A DNA stretch of 64,000 bases, taken from Eledone cirrhosa. Taxonomy: Eukaryota. The DNA lies in NCBI GenBank assembly GCA_964016885.1, contig OZ024743.1, positions 69,192,001-69,256,000 on the forward strand, written 5' to 3'. How positions within the stretch are numbered: position 1 is the first letter of the stretch; the number at the start of each line of letters is the position of its first letter. A program made the translations under genes and the position numbers. The notes below the pieces were generated by a model. It worked only from the letters and a program-made list of their open reading frames with translations. It searched no databases and was not told where the DNA came from. Below, piece after piece: positions 13,119 through 26,034 of the stretch.

Positions 13119-13294
13119 GATTCCTGTTGATAAGCACAGACGATTTGGATATTTCACTTTTTATTTCAATTCCATTTCGATTCTCTTTATTTCTCAATTC
13201 ACATACCACCGTTGCGAAACGGATTTAGGTTTCGAGGTTCAAATTCGTCTACGGAACAGGTTTGGATTTTGAAATTTAAATCTTTCCAGGAATC
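13119..13294 (+). ncRNA. Second copy of the family B U3-A8 hammerhead
   Basis: Same motif 554 nt downstream. Cleavage triplet reads TTC instead of GTC. Confidence 0.7.
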
Positions 13295-13559
13295 ATGGCC
13301 GTTGCCAATATAAGCTTGTCTTTATTGACTTATATCGAGACAGACAAATTGTATTCACTTTAATTAGTTTATTTCATTAATAGCTAACTTTGTCTGTTAC
13401 AATGCAAACACGTTTCGTGTTTATCATATATTTTAATGTATTCAACTGCTCGGAAATGCCCCATTTCTTGGAGCTTAATTATTGTAAACGACTGAGAGTT
13501 TATTCTCAACATATAATATAGTATATATATATATATATATATATAGATATATATGTGTG

Positions 13560-13619
<60 letters not shown>

Positions 13620-13620
<1 letters not shown>

Positions 13621-14605
13621 GTGGAACATTGGAAGGTTATATCCGTAGTGGTAGAGCATTCAGTCAAGAGACGAGTTAGGTAGAAGTGGTTACACAACAG
13701 TTAGATCACCATACCGAGAACAATTGTTTCACCCTAGCGGATCTTCAGCACGGGATGTGCATGGTTATAGGAACAGGAATGACAACCGTACGAACGCGCA
13801 TGCGCAGAAACTCGGTCACTTCACACATGCAATACTAGACTGCGTGCGAGAGGTGTAAGGGAGATAACTGCGAAAGTCCGGAAAGTTTTTAGGTTGAAAA
13901 TAAAATGAAAATAAAAATAAAAATAAAATTACAAAGAATCAGTCCGGAGCCTTGTAGTTATGCAATAGATGTTTGGTGACGTGTGGACAACGTGTGAAAA
14001 ATTCACTTATCGTGTTTAGGCAATCACTATTGCGTAATTATAGTTGAATAGTTATTCGTTTGTCAATACATAAGCCACACGTCGGATTTCCCCTTACGTA
14101 TGGCTTGGACTTAGTGATGGCTTTCCATTGAATGGAGTAGCCTATACTTGAGTCCTTGAGGGATCATACGTGGCTCGCGAGTCTGGTGGATGAACGTCTG
14201 TCCGGTTATCTGAAGGTAGACGGGTGGTCCAGGAAACGCTCCTTGAAGCGGCCCTCCGCCACGCCCACGTAGGATTTGACCTCCCGTGGTAGGTTTGGTC
14301 GGTTGGAACTGACCACAGCTTCATAGATTACAGCTGGTGTGTTGCATTGCTTTTGAAGGGGGCAAGCTTCAGGCTTACGGCAAGAGTACCCTAGGGCTGC
14401 TGGTAATGTGGGCCTTCTTGTTCTTAGCGCAGGAGTATCCTAGTTTATCTTTGTGTCGGTTATTTATGACCTATGGGGAAGTGTCTATCTAAGAGTGCTA
14501 GAAATTTTTTTCCTACATTGGTTTTAAGGTTGAGTGAGAAGGGAAGAGAGAACCAGATAGTTTGTCTATTGTTGCGCTTACTTTTCTTAATGGTGTTGTT
14601 GCTAG
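13620..14605 (-). mobile_element. 3' fragment of a second Penelope-like lineage (thumb, GIY-YIG-type endonuclease, pLTR)
   Basis: Manual translation IWFSLPFSLNLKTNVGKKFLALLDRHFP, VIYEAVV...SYVGVAEGRFKERFLDH, IQWKAITKSKPY...CGLC...CLN...E...RCPH, with stops. HHR downstream. Confidence 0.8.
13714..13754 (-). ncRNA. Minimal type I hammerhead in Penelope pLTR
   Basis: ccgtg-CTGAAGA-tcc(gcta)gggt-GAAA-CAATTG-TT-ctcgg. Confidence 0.75.
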
Positions 14606-14609
14606 TGGG

Positions 14610-14940
14610 AGTATAGGCTACTCCATTCAATGGAAAGCCATCACTAAGTCCAAGCCATACGCAAAGAGAAATCCGACGTGTGGCTTATGTATTGACAAAC
14701 GAATAACTATTCTAAAGAGATTACACAATAATGATTGCCTAAACACCCCAGTTAGAAAATTTGTTCCGAAATTATTGCCAGTGTCTGACGAACCTGCAGT
14801 TTTAGAATCAGACAGATCCATACAATGATCGTGTCTCGAGCTGTCTACCGGCGAAACAATTGTAACACACAATAAATTTAGTCCAGATGCATCACTGATT
14901 TTTCGTTTCATATTATATCACAATCTGCTCTGTAAGAACA
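14610..14940 (+). mobile_element. Inverted Penelope tail fused to a different pLTR
   Basis: 14610-14746 is the reverse complement of ~14012-14148. The rest matches 11020-11182. Confidence 0.75.
14781..14868 (+). ncRNA. Type I hammerhead with long stem II
   Basis: gtgt-CTGACGA-acc...ggc-GAAA-CAATTG-TA-acac. Confidence 0.75.
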
Positions 14941-15068
14941 TAGAATGCTCTACTGGCATACCGCCTATGGAAGCATCATAGCTACCATTAAACACACACA
15001 CACACAGATATATATATATATATATATATAGATAGATAGATAGATATATATACAGATATATATAGAAG

Positions 15069-15119
15069 AGCTTCTACAGGAATAGAACTGTTTCATTCGG
15101 GAGAAATCATCAGGAAGCT
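15069..15119 (-). ncRNA. Canonical type I hammerhead (left arm of palindrome)
   Basis: agcttc-CTGATGA-tttc(tccc)gaat-GAAA-cag(ttctattc)ctg-TA-gaagct. Confidence 0.85.
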
Positions 15120-15165
15120 CCTGATGATTTCTCACGAATGAAACAGTTCTAGTCCTGTAGAAGCT
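15116..15165 (+). ncRNA. Canonical type I hammerhead (right arm of palindrome)
   Basis: agctc-CTGATGA-tttc(tcac)gaat-GAAA-cag(ttctagtc)ctg-TA-gaagct. Confidence 0.8.
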
Positions 15166-16619
15166 CTGCTATATTAAAACTTGTATACATTGCTATTACT
15201 TTACTTACTGTGGTTACCTCCGATTCAACCCGGAAAAACTTATATATATATCTATATATATATACACACACAAACATATATATAATATAAATATATATAA
15301 AGATATATACGTATTTATATATATACACATAATATATATATATATTTATATATATATATATATATATATGTGTATGTGTGTGTGCGTTGTATACGATAGC
15401 GTATATTCCATTAAATGACGGCGCACATCCCTTTGTGTGTGCTGTTGCGCATGTTTAAGATAACTACACTAAGCTTAGGACTTTGATAAGTTTAATTCAT
15501 TATCAACATAGTCTAATCTATTAAAGCTATATATGGAACATATGTCAATTGGCTCTGCTTACGTCAATGTACTCCATACTCTTAAATGCCAGATGTTGTT
15601 TATATTCAGTCTGAATATTTCAAGAATCTGAATAACAAAACATTCTTATACTTTTCAATATACTCTTTACACGTGTAACTCTTTCAGTCATTAGACTGTG
15701 ACCGTCCATGTTGGGAAACAACCTTACAGTGATTTAGTCGATAATTTCCACCACGGTATTTGTTTATTTTTCTAAGCCTCTTAGCTTATTATCACTATAT
15801 TTTTTCGAACATCTAATTTACAACATATAAACAAAAAGAGACAATTGTGAAATAAGACACATGCACGCACGCATACATACCACACATATACAATCATACA
15901 TACATGATGGCAGCAACTCGATTTCGAATAATGCCATCACTTGATACTTAAGCATGAGCATCATGGACGTGGATTCCTAGTCCTGTTAGTGACTTGAGTA
16001 TGACCAGCAATACCATGCATCGCAAGAAAATGTCAGATAGCAAGTGATGCCTGTTCTTGAAGGTTTTTTTAAAATGAGGAAAGGCTTTGCACGGGGCCAA
16101 TTCCACTCTCTGAACATGAAAGTTGCTAAAATTTATTTATAGATAATTTCACTCAACACAATCGAAATATTTGCGACTCGCATAAAATTAACAACTTGTT
16201 GAGACGATATTCTGAGCAGGTGAATGTTGTGAAGCTTCAACCTATAGAAAGGGACATCATATGTTGGTGGTATATTGTAACATCGTTATTCCTTCTTTGT
16301 TCTAATCCAGCCATGGTTTGCTTCACCGTTTATCTCTCCAGTTTCGATAAAATAATTACGAATGAAATAATTAGATGGATTAAAGCAAATATAAAATCCT
16401 CTAAAATGATGACCTTGTATCAAGGACACACATTTTAAAGTTTAATTCAGATCCATTTTCAACGCCAACTCAATACTAAATATATTGTAGATAAACATAC
16501 TCAATATTCACAGAATTGACCTGGCCTTATGGGATTTGGGGTGGGGTGGGGGTGGTATGTTGACATGATTGGCTGCGCTTTAAAAAAATCTGAAGATATT
16601 ACCGCACAATGTAAAAGTG

Positions 16620-16830
16620 TAATGATTTCTACTATAGGCATAAAGCTAGCAATTTGGGGGGAGGGGAAAGTCGATTAAATCGAAACCAGTGTACTACTGG
16701 TACTTTATTTGACCAACCCCGTAGGGATGAAAGGCAAAGCTAACCTGGGTGGGATTTGAACTCAGATAATAAAGGGGCGTAACCCTATGCTGCAAAGCAT
16801 GGCATCCGATCCTCTACCGATACTGCCAAT
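16620..16830 (-). mobile_element. tRNA-derived SINE copy
   Basis: Same diagnostic segments as the other copies. Confidence 0.9.
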
Positions 16831-17339
16831 CCAATGTGCCTCTGGTCGTAAAGATTCTGAGTGTCGCCCGGATGATCAAGCTGGAATTAAAATCCTGTAC
16901 ACTTCTGAAAGTGAGGTTAAATGTTGCGAAATTTTTAATCGTTTATTTACAAACCATTTGAAGTTTGACGATAATCCAACACGTGTACGAATCTACGAAA
17001 GAAATATATGAACAAAAAAAAACAAACAAACAAAAACACACACACACACACAAAAGTTGAAGATATCAGTTCTGCCAGATTAGGTTTTAATAATTACATA
17101 CTCCGAATATATTTTATTCTTTCCGAAGTTCATGAACTTCTTAAGTCTTCATTAATTCTCTCTCTCTTCGTTTTCAGTTTTTGATTATATATATATTTAT
17201 CTTTGTGGGCATGCTTATGCGTGCTTTTGTGTGTGTACCTGTATGTGTGTGTGACTATGTTTGTGTGAGTGAGTATGTACTATTATACCAAGGCAATATA
17301 TAAACAAGCTGCGATGTATATATCGATATATATATACAT

Positions 17340-18082
17340 GGGACCAGATTCGCTAAGGTGAAAAGAATACTAACTATAGACAATAGATAGTATTATTTTC
17401 ACCTTAGCGAATCTGGTCCCTTATAATTTGAACACATATATGTATATATCTATGTTCGTTTTTCTTTTATATTCAATATATGGCTTGGAAAAATCTCTTT
17501 CCTAGAGCTATTTTATTGTAAGAGACTATGTTGAGTTTCTAACTTAATATATACCTTTGATATATTCGGGTCCGTTAATTTGTTGGCTAATTCAAATGTC
17601 GAGTAAACCTAGCTGCTATTTTTAGTGGTGTGAGTGTGTGAGACACGCTAAGTTCAGATACCATGTGCGTTATTATATATACGCACACTATTCAGATTTT
17701 TAATATACTTAGCAGTGTCCAGGATACTAATTCTTCATCCGCTGATGAGCAATAATTGGTATTCCTCTTCACAATTAGTTTTGCGAAACAGCATTACCAT
17801 AGCTGTCTGGTGATTGGTAGTTACCACAATTCCGGTTTGTATTTATTTTCTTGATTTATTCTTAAATTGAGTCAGGCAAACCCTATTGTCTATAGTTAGT
17901 ATTCTTTTCACCTTAGCGAATCTGGTCCCTTACAATTTGAACACATATATGTATATATCTGTGTTTGTCTCTCTTATATTCAATTATAAGATACGGCTCG
18001 GATAAATCTCTTTCCTAGAGCTAGAGCTATTTTATTGTAAGAGACTATTTTGAGCTTATAACTCAATATATACCTTTGATAT
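17340..18082 (+). mobile_element. Non-coding HHR-bearing unit, family C (~510-bp period with 5' fold-back)
   Basis: 17340-17387 is inverted relative to 17883-17929 and 17396-17420. 17396-17562 is repeated at ~17905-18082. Confidence 0.8.
17735..17813 (+). ncRNA. Type I hammerhead ribozyme
   Basis: ccg-CTGATGA-gcaataattg...caattagttttgc-GAAA-cagc(attaccata)gctg-TC-tgg. Confidence 0.8.
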
Positions 18083-18171
18083 ATATACATGTATATATAT
18101 ATGTATACATACATATATATATATACATACATATATATATATATACATACACACACACATATATATATATA

Positions 18172-18373
18172 TATTGGTAAAAGGAAAAGAAAATGCTAAC
18201 AAATTGTTCCCAGTGAAAAATAATTTAATTAGGAATAAGTAAAAATTAGTAATAGTATTGGTTAGTATTCAGTTTTAGTTTTAATTTTTACCTGTTGCGC
18301 ATTTCTAATGCTTTTCAAAAATAATTTTGAGATAGAGCGCCCGTGATGTTTGCTCTGATCTGAGAGCAAACAT
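18172..18373 (-). mobile_element. Solo 3'-terminal fragment of the 4681-8570 Penelope family
   Basis: Similar to 4716-4918. Ends in the fold-back GATGTTTGCTCT-gatctg-AGAGCAAACATC. Confidence 0.8.
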
Positions 18374-18469
18374 CTTTCTTTATCTGGTGGGAGGAGAGGG
18401 TGGGGATCGGGATTGGTTTAGGTCATTGGTTGAAGGAATTATATATATATTTGTATATATATATATATA

Positions 18470-19266
18470 TATAAGTATATATACGTACATACATATATGT
18501 ATACAGACGTACAGTAGTATGTATATATATATATATACATACATGCACACACACATATATATATGTACGTATGGATTCACCGAAAATGTATTATAATGTT
18601 CGGTGTGTTTGTAAACAAACATCCCGAATTAAGCCGTACAGTGTCTAGCAACAATCGTTGCTCTTTTGTTCAACACTGACAATATATATATATGTGCATG
18701 TATGTATATATATATACATACTACTGTACGTCTGTATACATATATGTATGTACGTATATATACTTATACTTAAGTAACAGCCGTACTAAGAGTGAGAAAT
18801 GAAATTTCGTTTCATTTTTTCCGTTTATCGTTTTCGGTGCGCCCGGCCGATTAACTCACTCGATATGCAAATTAGGCTGCTCAGCCGTTAATATGCATAA
18901 GGAAAGTATATACTTTCAGACGTTCAATCATCTGGCAGGAAGGTATACGTTGCTGACGATAGCTAATAAGCTTGAAAGTAGTCAGCGTTCCTTTGTCAAT
19001 GTTGAACAAAAGAGCAACGATGGTTGCTAGACACTGTACGGCTTAATTCGGGATGTTTGTTTACAAACACACCGAGCATTATAATAAATGTTCGGTGAAT
19101 CCATACGTACATATATATATATATATGTGTGCATGTATGTATATATATATATATACATACTAATGTACGTCTGTATACATATATGTATGTACGTATACAT
19201 ACTTATATTTAAGTAAGAGCAGTTCTAAGAGTGAGAAATGAAATTTCGTTTCATTTTTTCCGTTTA
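18470..19266 (+). mobile_element. Non-coding HHR-bearing unit, family E (~440-500 bp; inverted plus partial tandem)
   Basis: 18470-18682 is inverted relative to ~18993-19206. AAGAGTGAGAAATGAAATTTCG occurs at ~18788 and ~19227. Second locus at 34412-35034. Confidence 0.8.
18948..18987 (+). ncRNA. Minimal type I hammerhead (imperfect copy)
   Basis: cgttg-CTGACGA-tagct(aata)agctt-GAAA-gtag-T-cagcg. Confidence 0.6.
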
Positions 19267-19344
19267 TATATACATATATATAATTAGTAGGAACCCTTGA
19301 AATATATATAATTAAATAAATATGGTTTTATAAATATTGTTTCC

Positions 19345-19663
<319 letters not shown>

Positions 19664-19710
19664 ATATATATATATATATAAAAGACGTAAAATAAGAAAA
19701 TCTTTTTCAA

Positions 19711-19770
<60 letters not shown>

Positions 19771-20739
19771 GTGTGTGGTGCTTGTGATTTATGTATGTAT
19801 ACTCATTCTACCCTAGTAAGTTATGTAGTTTAATCCTATTAGAGCTCGATTTCTAATACGGTTATAATATTGTTGCAAATATCCAATCAAAGCGAAATTT
19901 GATTTTACGGAAAATCTGTATCATATTACGTTTCGTTGATTATTGAAAAACTACAGCATCAGATATATAATCCAGTTAACAGATAAGATCTGGTCTAAAT
20001 AGTTTTGTTTGTAACTCAGCTCTGAGGTAAGCCAAAACAGCAGTTATTATATTTAGTACCCTTTTCAGGCTCTAGAACAGGCATCCCTTTTCCTAGATAT
20101 ATGCCCTAATTTTCTAAATCATATAATTCTAATTTTCAAGTTGGTAATATTACGAAACTAACTTTTTATGCCCTCAAAATATTTCTAAACTTGCATTACC
20201 TACAATACGGTACGCTAAATCTTGTACCCACACTAAATCTTGTGACAGCTCATTACACCATTCGACCATCTATAACACTTTGGATATTTTTCACAACACT
20301 GATACCCGGCAAAATAATTGGGTCGTGTATTTATTGACCGCAGGAAATTGTTATGGATTTAAATTACACAAAACTGTATAAAGAAATTCAAATCATTCAT
20401 TTAGGTTTTTTAATGTGAGCCCAAGCCGGCTGCCCAGGTGAGTTAATGTCACCGCTATCCCTAAGAGTAACTAACATAAAATTTGACTTCTCTTCCCGTC
20501 ACCTACAGGAAGCATTTGTCGTCACACCTATTATTGCAGCCTACATTCTCTCAGACATATCCCCAAATCCAGATGATTTCAAATCTCTACAAACTGGCAG
20601 CTGTACAACGAAATACAGACATCAATCAGTACAAAATGTCACAGAAACATTGATTCTGGCTGTAAAAAATAAAACATGCCAATATATAGTTGACAGTGAG
20701 ATGAAAGAATGGTATTTAACTAATGTAATGGTACGCGAT

Positions 20740-21470
20740 GGGGTCCACCCACAGACCCGGCGGACAGAATGGAGAAGGCGTTTCCCCGGAGGTCGGCAAG
20801 TGAGAGGCGCTGGAAAAGCCACTCCAACTCGCGGGGTTCACACCTACGGCTGGCCAGCTCAGCGCCTATGGCGGTGATTAAGGAGGTAGCCGTGGGGCCG
20901 AGGACACCAGACGTATCCACTGCCAGGGGAACGACGCAAACCTGTCGGATAGCGACCGGTACTTGAGGAGTTTGGCTCCCTCAGCCCGACGTGCAGCAGA
21001 ACCTGCGTCAGTCGCACACTGCACCAGGTTGCGGCTGCAGAAAGTGTCAGTGCAAGTGGCATCCCAGACGAGGGGTTTGCCACCGCGGAACGGGAAGATG
21101 GTCATTGCCGTCCCCTCAATCCAGCCCCACCGACTCGAGCTGGGAAGGGAAGCCTGCAGCGTCCAAGACACGCTTAATGACCTCGTTGAAGGCAGTATGG
21201 CGTGGAATGAGGCCGGCACTGTGGCGACAGGAAAGCGGATGGAGGCCGAAAGTGTCCACGGTGGAACCACAGCGACATTGATGTGACTGGCAGATCCGGA
21301 GGCCGAGCATCAGGGAAACGCCAATTCGCAGACTCTGGTTGTCTAGCTGCGTGCCAGTGGAGAAGGAGGGCAGAGCATGGAGCCAGACACCACTGTGGTG
21401 TTTGGAGGCCGCATGAAAACAAGCAAGCGGTGCTGGTCGAGCTGGCGCGTGAACCCGTCTGACAGTTACC
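20740..21470 (-). mobile_element. CRE-like non-LTR retrotransposon 3' fragment (CCHC finger plus restriction-like endonuclease), decayed
   Basis: SGVWLHALP, CRCGSTVDTFGLHPLSC, PRH, KPLVWDATCTDT, AEGAKLLKY, WLFQRLSLADLRGNAFSIL across frameshifted ORFs. Confidence 0.85.
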
Positions 21471-21524
21471 ATAAGCTTTCACAGATTACATCTATGCATA
21501 TAAACATACATATATCACATATAT

Positions 21525-21560
<36 letters not shown>

Positions 21561-21650
21561 CGTACATACGTAGGTATATATCGGTATAAGTATACATACA
21601 CATAAACGCATATGTATCTGTGTGTATATATATATATAAATATATCTAGT

Positions 21651-21745
<95 letters not shown>

Positions 21746-24700
21746 GTGTATGTGTCCACGCATGTATCTATATATAGTCACGTACACACAGTCACGCACA
21801 CACATATGTAAGCGTGAACTAATAAGACTGTATTTTTGCATCTCTGTGTTTGCTTATTTTTATTTGTTTAACTATATAAATATACAGATATGTATGTAAG
21901 TATATACAGACATATATATATATATATGACCTTAAGTAAATGCTCACACACATACACATACTAAAGAAAAGCAAAAATGCCACCCGGAGCCTTAATCTGG
22001 AAAGAAAATGGATTTATTATTTTAATCAAATGAATCTTCTAGTGAATCAATTGAATCCTGTTGAACTCCACTTCCACCATCACCGCAGGAATTTTACATA
22101 TGGTCTAACAGCCCATGGAATATGAGAACACACTTCTTAAATATTTGATAAGGTATATACACCAATTTAAATCCATTTAATGAAACACTTAATAAAATAT
22201 TCATTTTTTCGGATTAAAGAAAAAAATAATCTTTAAATATACCTTAAGGAGAGGGCAGCCACATAGTTTCGAGCCGATGCAGATTGGTGCGAAATTGCTT
22301 TTGATAGATATTTTCAGCGTTTTCAACGAATCTGACTTTTTAAAATGTTAGAAATTATTCCTTTTTTAGTGATCCGTACCTCATTACAAATGCTGGAATT
22401 TTCAGGCTCCACTCTGAGAGAACAAAAGGTAAAAATAATGGTGGCAATGAAAACCCTTGCAAATAACTTATGCAGTAGTAGGGCCTTCAACAATGAATGC
22501 TACATGAGGTTCTAACGGCTCAGCTAATTCAGTGTGTGTGGAAACTATTATTTATGTCACATATGTGCAGTTGAGTCGCTTGCAACTACGGTCAGAAGCA
22601 ATAATTTATAACTACAGTCATTATATCTCTAGAAGCTATTAAAAGCTACACAACATTCAACGGATCACCATGCTGTTAAAACATCTCTTTTGAGTTTAAT
22701 TCGACCATTAATCAACAGATAGATCCGTCAGCATGCTGCATTCTACATTGTGCGAAGGTTTTCATATAAGGAGCTGATATGATCAGTCGATAATAAATGC
22801 AATCTATACAGATGTTTGTTTTATTTTTAATACTATTTGGGGATTTAAACATTATTCAAGAGCACTGCTTAATAGTGATCTTACCACCAAAATCAGACAT
22901 ACAATGGGGAGATCTTTGAATAAAGTTTATCAAGCTGCACGTCATTTTTGTTTTGTGTTGCTAGCAATTTATTATTCTGACAAACATTGAAGTAAACACG
23001 ATTTTGCTGAGCTTCCCCTCTGCTAATTAACAATAAACTAGTGAAGTGTGATATTGGTTTTTGTTACTATACATTATAATTATCTTCTTATTTGTGAAAT
23101 TTTATTTTGACACCATTAATTACAGCCCAAATTACTAAACACTTAAAAAAAAACACAAATCGAAAATGTAAACAACGATGTGGCAAGCAACGAGAATCAA
23201 AATCCTGCAAGCCAGAATCATTAAGATGGTCTTAGCACGTAAAAAGCAAGACAAGGAAATTAACAAAATATAACAAACCTAAAAAGTAGAACACATAGTG
23301 ACAAACAAAAACGAACGCAAACAAAACACACGAAAATATAAATAAAGGGAATTTGAGAATGAAGTCAAAATTCTAAAGATGGAAATTCTAAATATAACAA
23401 TAATTTAAAGGTGGAAATATTCAAAGAATTAAAATCGATAATTTCTCCTATCAACCAGCGAACGAAAGTATCAATCAAGGCGAAAACTATATGATAAAAT
23501 ATCAACCATTATAAAAAGCGCAAATCAAGCTATTATAGAATGAATGAACACAGACATTTATATCAGGAGGTGAACTCAATGATAAATCCAGTAGATAAAG
23601 TAGGTATTAACTACAATCGGTAATTTCTTAGATCTAGTTCTACTGAAATATCAAAAGCAATGCAAACAATACCGCGAATAAGAATTATATAGAAAATAAA
23701 TGATATGATTGCTTAACACATTGAATAACAGAAAGGCATGAGTGAAGATCTTGTAGAGACAAATGGTAAGAAAATACAAGATTGAGCAAGAATGGACGTG
23801 CCTGTTATGAAAACAATTCAGCAAGAAGTGACCTTCGTTAATTCACAAAAACATGTTGTTGTGTACAGCCACAAAGTCTCCTTGAACAAAACAATTCAAC
23901 TCCAAATCTAAGGGATGTTAAAGTAAACCAGATAATACTACTATATAAATCAGTGTAGCACCAGTAGCAGAAAAACTATATAGTTTGAAGCGGAATATAT
24001 GGGCATGTTTCTTCCATTTGAGGTCGATAAACACGTACCAAACAGGTACAGGGGTAGATTCTTCCTCTATACCTCTTTCGAACTCCCCATTTTTCTCTGG
24101 AAGAAATCTACTCTATTCAGATCTGAAGAGGAGGTGGGCTCCACCAGATTTTAAAAAGTGCTCTAGTAATCCTGTATATCGATATGGCGACCCTACGAAT
24201 CCTTCAGAAGTTATGGGAGCATGCATACATATGAGCATGGGAAACATTATCACAGATGAGAATGTCAAAGCAACACGTGTGCAGCAGACCTCAGTCATAA
24301 CAGGCAATATCAATACAGGACATAGATCAGGCAATACACTGTAAAGCACCAAGATAATTCTAAGTCACAGACGTCGTGTTTAAATATGCTATAATCACAA
24401 ATATGACCTACTGGCAAATTTATTTACTAACTTATCGGAATAGCTGAAAACAACACCCGAATTTGTTTACTGGTGGAGAGGATCAACTCAATCAGATAGA
24501 CTAAAGACATAGGATACATTTCAAACTACCCATAAAAATCTAAACTGCAACAAATATGTTGATGGGGATATAAATAGCTGGGAAAAGAACAGAAGGTCTC
24601 CTGCAAAGATGTAAATGATTGAAAAGATCAGTTAATCATAAACTCGTGATGTAGAAACATGTTTACTTTTAAAGTAGTCCTCAGAGAGATTCCACAAGAC

Positions 24701-25110
24701 ACAGCATGTGACAAGGCTTCCCATTTAAATTAACTTCCAGCTGGATGGACTAGAAGGAAGTGTTTTGCTCAACAAATGTAATATCCCAGGTAGATTCAGT
24801 CATAAAATGGGGGGCAAGGCCGGAACATTTAACTAAGCATATATGTATTTTATTAATCCGACCTATATACAGTTTCCGCTTACTTAACTCTCCTCACAAA
24901 CATTATAACAATACTGAGTTATGGTAAACCTACTTAGCAGACTGCGTGACAATCTGAAGGCAAGGCGAACCACATAGCCAATCAGTCATACCATATTGCA
25001 GTATTATGTTATACAGTACTACATAACATAAACTATCAACAGATTTTAGCCAACAATGATATTAATTATTCTATATATAGACAAATGGCAAATTAGTAGA
25101 TTCTTTAGAC

Positions 25111-25441
25111 CAGCGTTTCTCAACCTTTTTACCCTTGTGGAACCCTTGAAATAGGTTCATGTCTCAGGGAACCCCTACATAAAAATTATTATATACTATT
25201 TTTAAAATATATCTCTTATATTGACCTAGTTTTAAATAATATAAGAGGTTGAAGCCTTTCTTAAAATAAACAAGGATTTTCCGACAATATGCCGTAAATG
25301 TATAGTAAAATTACGAATATAAAATTAAACAAAAATTACTTTCAAGAAATACATTAGTTTATTTATCAGTGGTTCTCGCGGACCCCTAGCGACCTCTTGC
25401 GGAATCCTAGGGTTCCGGGGAACACCGGTTGTGAAACGCTG
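25111..25441. mobile_element. hAT-superfamily MITE
   Basis: TIRs CAGCGTTTCTCAACC / GGTTGTGAAACGCTG. Perfect 8-bp TSD CTTTAGAC at 25103-25110 and 25442-25449. Confidence 0.92.
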
Positions 25442-25857
25442 CTTTAGACCGTCGGCTATAATGCATTGATGTATTCATTCCTGGAATCTACCCAGTCTCT
25501 GCACTGTGATTTCAATTACCGTTGACATCATCTCTGCCTATTATTCTTTCGAGGTTGATATAAAATGTACCAGTTAAGTTTTGGGGTCGATACTTCTACA
25601 CTAAAAGTCTCTCTCTCTCTGGAAGAAATTGACTATATCCAGCCCTGGAGAAAGATAGGCTCCACCAGGTTTTGAAAAAAGTACTACGTGTTGAATATCA
25701 CCACAGCGTCCCTAAGACTCCATTAGAAGTTACAGGACCTAACATACACATAAACACAATGTATTTATATCTGTCTATTCCATTCAGTCAAATTTTCAGT
25801 TCATCGAAAAACGGAATGCTTATCGTTGAATCCGATGCAGGATCCGTAATAATTATA

Positions 25858-26010
25858 ATAATGATTTCTACTATAGGCGCAAGGACAGCAGTTTTGGGGG
25901 TGAGGGGAAAGTCGATTAAATTGTCCCCAGTATGTTATGGTACTTTATTTTATCGACGTCGAAAGGATGAAATGCAAAGCTTACCTCGGCGGGATTTGAA
26001 CTTAGAACAT
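25858..26010 (-). mobile_element. tRNA-derived SINE copy (5'-truncated)
   Basis: ATTTCTACTATAGGCGCAAGG...GGATGAAATGCAAAG...GGGATTTGAACTTAG. Confidence 0.85.
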
Positions 26011-26034
26011 AACTCAAATGATAGTAATAAAACA

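Larger units (their letters stand above)
12318..13525 (+). mobile_element. Non-coding HHR-bearing unit, family B: ~2.2 tandem copies of a ~554-bp monomer
   Basis: AACTGCTCGGAAATGCCCCATTTC recurs at ~12335, ~12889 and ~13444. Flanked by (TA)n. Confidence 0.9.

Noticed and set aside
23170-23800. N-terminal part of the R4-like element
   Set aside because: A-rich and coding-like, but no motif could be identified with confidence
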